Assembly: GCF_036365525.1 (NCBI RefSeq)
Contig: NC_090404.1
Location: 5,456,001 to 5,520,000, forward strand
Direction of reading: 5' to 3'
Source: Heterodontus francisci
Lineage: Eukaryota
DNA length: 64,000 nucleotides
Position 1 is the stretch's first letter, and every line of letters begins with the position of its first letter. Below are positions 62,595 through 64,000 of the stretch, piece after piece. The position numbers and the translations under genes were made by a program. The notes beneath the pieces are model-generated. The model saw only the letters and a list, made by a program, of their open reading frames with translations, was not told the origin of the DNA and ran no database searches.

Positions 62595-63027
62595 ATGTAT
62601 TACTCGGTAAAAGTGAATCTATTGGCCGTCATTCTGGCACTGCTAACATGTAGGTACAGGAACTGTACTCAATAACCCGCTGTGTTTATTTGTTATTCAC
62701 GTTGCTTCAGTGTTTCATGATCTGAATGTTTTTACAGGTCGATGTCTCTCTGACCGAGTGTTCCAGTCTCCCGCTACGAAAACGGTCCAGAGTGGGGAAC
62801 CGGTGAAGCTAATCTGCAGCTATGACATGTCCAGCATTTACACCATGCATTGGTACAAACAGAAATCCGGTCAGAGACTGGAGTGGGTAATAACGCGAGT
62901 ATCGACTGGCAAAGAGAGAAGCGGGCGATTTGAACTGGATCTTTCCACTGCGGACAAACGCGGACAATTGGTTATTGAAAACACGGAGAGCGCGGATACG
63001 GCGGTGTATTACTGTGCGATAGAGCCG
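62595..63027 (+). CDS. TCR alpha/delta V segment, apparently functional; leader 62595-62649, V exon 62738-63027
   Basis: MYYSVKVNLLAVILALLT / CRCLSDRVFQSP...LICSYDMSSIYTMHWYKQ...ESADTAVYYCAIEP; RSS CACACTG-23-ACAAAAACC at 63028-63066. Confidence 0.92.
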
Positions 63028-63524
63028 CACACTGAGAGGAAACGCGGCAGTCACTGTACAAAAACCTCCCTCCTGTTTACAGTTCCGAAACAGCGGCAGC
63101 AATCTCTCCAATAACACAGGCCAGGCAAGGAAGGTCAGAGTGAGAGCAGCAAACGGAGGGTGTGAGTGGGGCTGCCGCGGGCAGGATTATTGCAGAGTCT
63201 GTCTCTATAATTCCCATTGGATAGCGGGTTTGATCAGAGATACTGACGGTCACAGCATAAAGTATCGGACTGAGGAGTCAGTCACTCAGTGAGTGCAGTC
63301 TATGGTGTGAGAATAGGTTCAACATTTCTTAATTGTGAGTTTATATTAAACGGTACCGAATCGGACATTTTCCTGAGAGTTTGTTTATTTTATGCCGCTG
63401 TGCGACGTCTCACCGACAACATTAACATCAATCTCCTGTACAATTCGTGTTTAAATTGAGGCGTTCACACTGTAAGATAGATTTCCTCTGGGACCGAATT
63501 CTAATGAAATAGTGAATGTTTTCT

Positions 63525-64000
63525 AAAACTGAAGCAGTCCGTGTAGAAATGCAGCAAGACCTGGACAATATCCAGGCTTGGGCTGACAAGTGGCAAGAAA
63601 CATTTACGCCACACAAGTGCCAGGCAATGACCATCTCCAACAAGAGAGAATCTAATCATCTCCCCTTGATATTCAATGGCATTACCATCGCTGAATCCCC
63701 CACTATCAACATTCTGGGGGTTACCATTGACCAGGAACTGAACTGGACAAGCACATAAATACTGTGGCTACAAGAGCAGGTCAGAGGCTAGGAATCCTGA
63801 GGCGAGTAACTCACCTCCTGACTCCCCAAAGCCTGCCCACCATCTACAAGGCACAAGTCAGGAGTGTGATGGAATACTTGCCTGGATGGGTGCAGCTCCA
63901 ACAACACTCAAGAAGCTCGACACCATCCAGGACAAAGCAGCCCGCTTGATTGACACCCCATCCACAAACATTCACTCCCTCTGCCACCGACGCACAGTAG
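63525..64000 (+). mobile_element. L2/Crack-like LINE fragment running off the window
   Basis: MQQDLDNIQAWADKWQ, IYKAQVRSVMEY. Confidence 0.85.

Overview
Eukaryotic genomic DNA, almost certainly from a cartilaginous fish (shark or ray). The window is part of the V-segment region of the T-cell receptor alpha/delta locus, embedded in CR1, L2/Crack-like, Penelope, RTE, SINE and LTR repeats. It holds two intact NAR-TCR cassettes, each with a leader, an IgNAR-like V (22-bp-spacer RSS), a 12/12 D, a 23-RSS J, and a leaderless supporting V-delta with a CDR1 Cys. These form a ~10.1-kb inverted duplication (~2847-13005 vs ~34190-44183). A third, older cassette (~28950-34100) has lost both coding modules. 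There are also three open conventional TRAV/TRDV segments, one V with a stop codon just before its RSS, and five V pseudogenes or relics. The most unusual feature is a tandem array of head-to-tail 23-bp-spacer RSSs behind each supporting V-delta position (6, 4 and at least 2.5 units), instead of the single RSS of a normal V. A C1orf52 mRNA fragment also lies inside ORF1 of a CR1 LINE. All coordinates were read by eye; no database searches were run.
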